Source of the DNA: Chthoniobacteraceae bacterium
Lineage (GTDB): Bacteria; Verrucomicrobiota; Verrucomicrobiia; Chthoniobacterales; Chthoniobacteraceae
Length of the DNA: 18,902 bases
Direction of reading: 5' to 3'
Assembly: GCA_031409335.1 (NCBI GenBank)
Contig: JANNWY010000256.1
Location: forward strand, 1 to 18,902
Numbering within the stretch: the stretch's first letter is position 1; each line of letters begins with the position of its first letter. Made by a program: the position numbers and the translations under genes. The notes beneath the pieces are model-generated. The model did no database searches and had not been told where the DNA came from. It saw nothing but the letters and a program-made list of their open reading frames with translations. Positions 18,301-18,902 of this stretch are shown one piece after another.

Positions 18301-18902
18301 ACATCCCGCGGCGATGAGCGCCCTCGAAGCTCCGCCGCTCCCGCCCGCCGTCCTCGCCATCGCCTCGGATGCCGATCTCCGCCGCCTCCGCGCCGAGCCC
18401 TCCGCGACCGCTGCCTCCCGCACCCTCGCGCTCCAAAAATATCAGTCCGTCCCTTCGCTCACGGGCATCGCGAGCCGTGGCGCGGAAGTCTTTGCCCGCG
18501 CGTGCGCGCTCTGCCATGCATTCGGCGGCATCGGCTTCGACATTGGCCCAAACCTCGCCACGCTGCGCGACAAGCCGGCGGATTACTGGCTCAAAAACAT
18601 TCTCGACCCAAACGCCGCGATCGAGCCGCGCTTCGTCAGTTACATCGTCGAGGCAAAGGACGGCCGCACTTTCGCCGCGCTCATGAGATCCGAGACGGCA
18701 ACGAGCCACACCCTCGCGCAGCCTGGCGGCATCGCCGGCACGCTGCTCCGCACCGAAGTGCGCGGCGTCCGATCATCGAAGATGTCGCTCATGCCCGAGG
18801 CGCTGGAGCAAACAATCACCCCGCAAGACAGGGCCGACCTGCTCGCGTTTCTCCGCGCCGCGCCGAAGAATCTCCCAGGCAACAAACCCGAACCGATCGC
18901 GC
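15320..18902 (+). CDS. Multidomain PVC-type protein: ceramidase-like N-terminus + putative membrane-bound dehydrogenase-like propeller + HEAT repeats + cytochrome c (CxxCH); runs off the window end
   Basis: Not in the ORF track because it has no stop in the window. The ATG at 15320 overlaps the previous TGA. Manual translation gives MSARRAAILGWLTVSLSAVAGDLAVGVAQVDITPDYPVRLSGF..., ASHTHTAP, YACH and GGYEGG; then VAAEPLVQSPVAIDWD, DSDGDGRFD, WFRPV..RTGPDGALYIVDMYR and GRIYRV; then HEAT-like DPHPRVREHAVRL; and CALCH (18503-18517) followed by IGPNL and SLMPE. The frame was spot-checked at several points and was consistent. Confidence 0.88.
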   Translation, partial: MSARRAAILGWLTVSLSAVAGDLAVGVAQVDITPDYPVRLSGFGFRRAESEGIAQRIWAKAIAFADEQNGPAILITTDNLGVADEITRAVAERLAKIGLRRERLTITASHTHTAPMLRGVAPTLFGAAIPEEHQANIDRYTREFTDHLERVALAAVKDARPAKVEWGIGRVGFAKNRRTPGGPVDHDLPLLVVRGADGKVRAVWFTYACHCVTLATNLVSGDWAGFAQDAIQREFPGAVALMSAGCGADANPEARDTAAIAGNQGGQIADEVKRLLTTSLTPITAAPLMKFARIDLAFDTPRTRAGWEERAKSTDAIGHHARVNLARLDRGETLPTNIDYPIQTWRFADQLAFVFLPGEVVVDYSLRMKREFDRTRLAIIAYANDAPCYIPSERVLKEGGYEGGDAMIYYDRPQKFASGLEQKIIDAVHAQLPAGFAPKRGTEGTHPLSPDESLRCIRTKPDLELQLVAAEPLVQSPVAIDWDARGRLWVCEMFDYPTGVDEKWKAGGRIKILSDSDGDGRFDKATVFLDALPFPTGVMAWRKGALICAAPDILYAEDTDGDDRADVVKKLFTGFETDNYQARVNGLSLGLDNWIHGANGLLGGKIRGGAIAGAINIRGRDFRMNPDTGAFEPVAGLTQHGRVRDDWGHWFGCENGRALFHFPLPEHYARRNPKVAAPAPSVNVPAYPDANRVFAISKPVERFNDPAAAGHVTSGCGVGIYRDTLLAGLNGNAFTCEPVHNLVHREVLATDGVTFTSQRANDEKATEFLASTDNWFRPVQARTGPDGALYIVDMYRFLIEHPRWIAAERLAQIDLRAGSGMGRIYRVVPKGQPLRTVRDLTKLNAAELAAALDSPNGTDRDRAHLELLQVGQAPRLLEVGQAPRLPEVRVQALCILDGLNALTPALLANALADPHPRVREHAVRLCETFSTDESLRRALPALANDPDRGVRYQLALTLGECDDPSTGKALAMLAASPDAKLPYFRAALLSSAPRHPAAMSALEAPPLPPAVLAIASDADLRRLRAEPSATAASRTLALQKYQSVPSLTGIASRGAEVFARACALCHAFGGIGFDIGPNLATLRDKPADYWLKNILDPNAAIEPRFVSYIVEAKDGRTFAALMRSETATSHTLAQPGGIAGTLLRTEVRGVRSSKMSLMPEALEQTITPQDRADLLAFLRAAPKNLPGNKPEPIA
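17925..17978 (+). repeat. Two tandem 27-bp REP-like palindromic units inside the CDS
   Basis: AAGTAGGACAGGCGCCCCGCCTGTTAG / AAGTCGGGCAGGCGCCTCGCCTGCCCG. Each unit contains a perfect stem with a 3-nt loop. Confidence 0.8.

Overview
GC-rich bacterial window. The gene content (three PEP-CTERM proteins, two CRTAC1/ASPIC-UnbV proteins, ceramidase-like proteins and a PVC-type haem-binding protein) suggests Verrucomicrobiota or another PVC-group member; this is an inference. Gene order: standalone cNMP-binding protein (+); double-module FG-GAP/ASPIC-UnbV protein (-); a divergent pair of PEP-CTERM genes bounded by terminators, one with LamG plus 2x PA14-like domains; a ~210-bp inverted-repeat element built from heptamer arrays; TPR protein and CRTAC1-like lipoprotein (-, ATGA-coupled); a DM13-domain PEP-CTERM protein (+); then three tandem neutral/alkaline-ceramidase-like genes. 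The third of these (15320 to the window end, absent from the ORF track) is fused to a dehydrogenase-like propeller, HEAT repeats and a CxxCH cytochrome c. The most unusual signals are two REP-like palindromes translated in-frame inside that last gene, and the heptamer-armed hairpin element at 7713-7921. No rRNA, tRNA, CRISPR array or transposase was seen.
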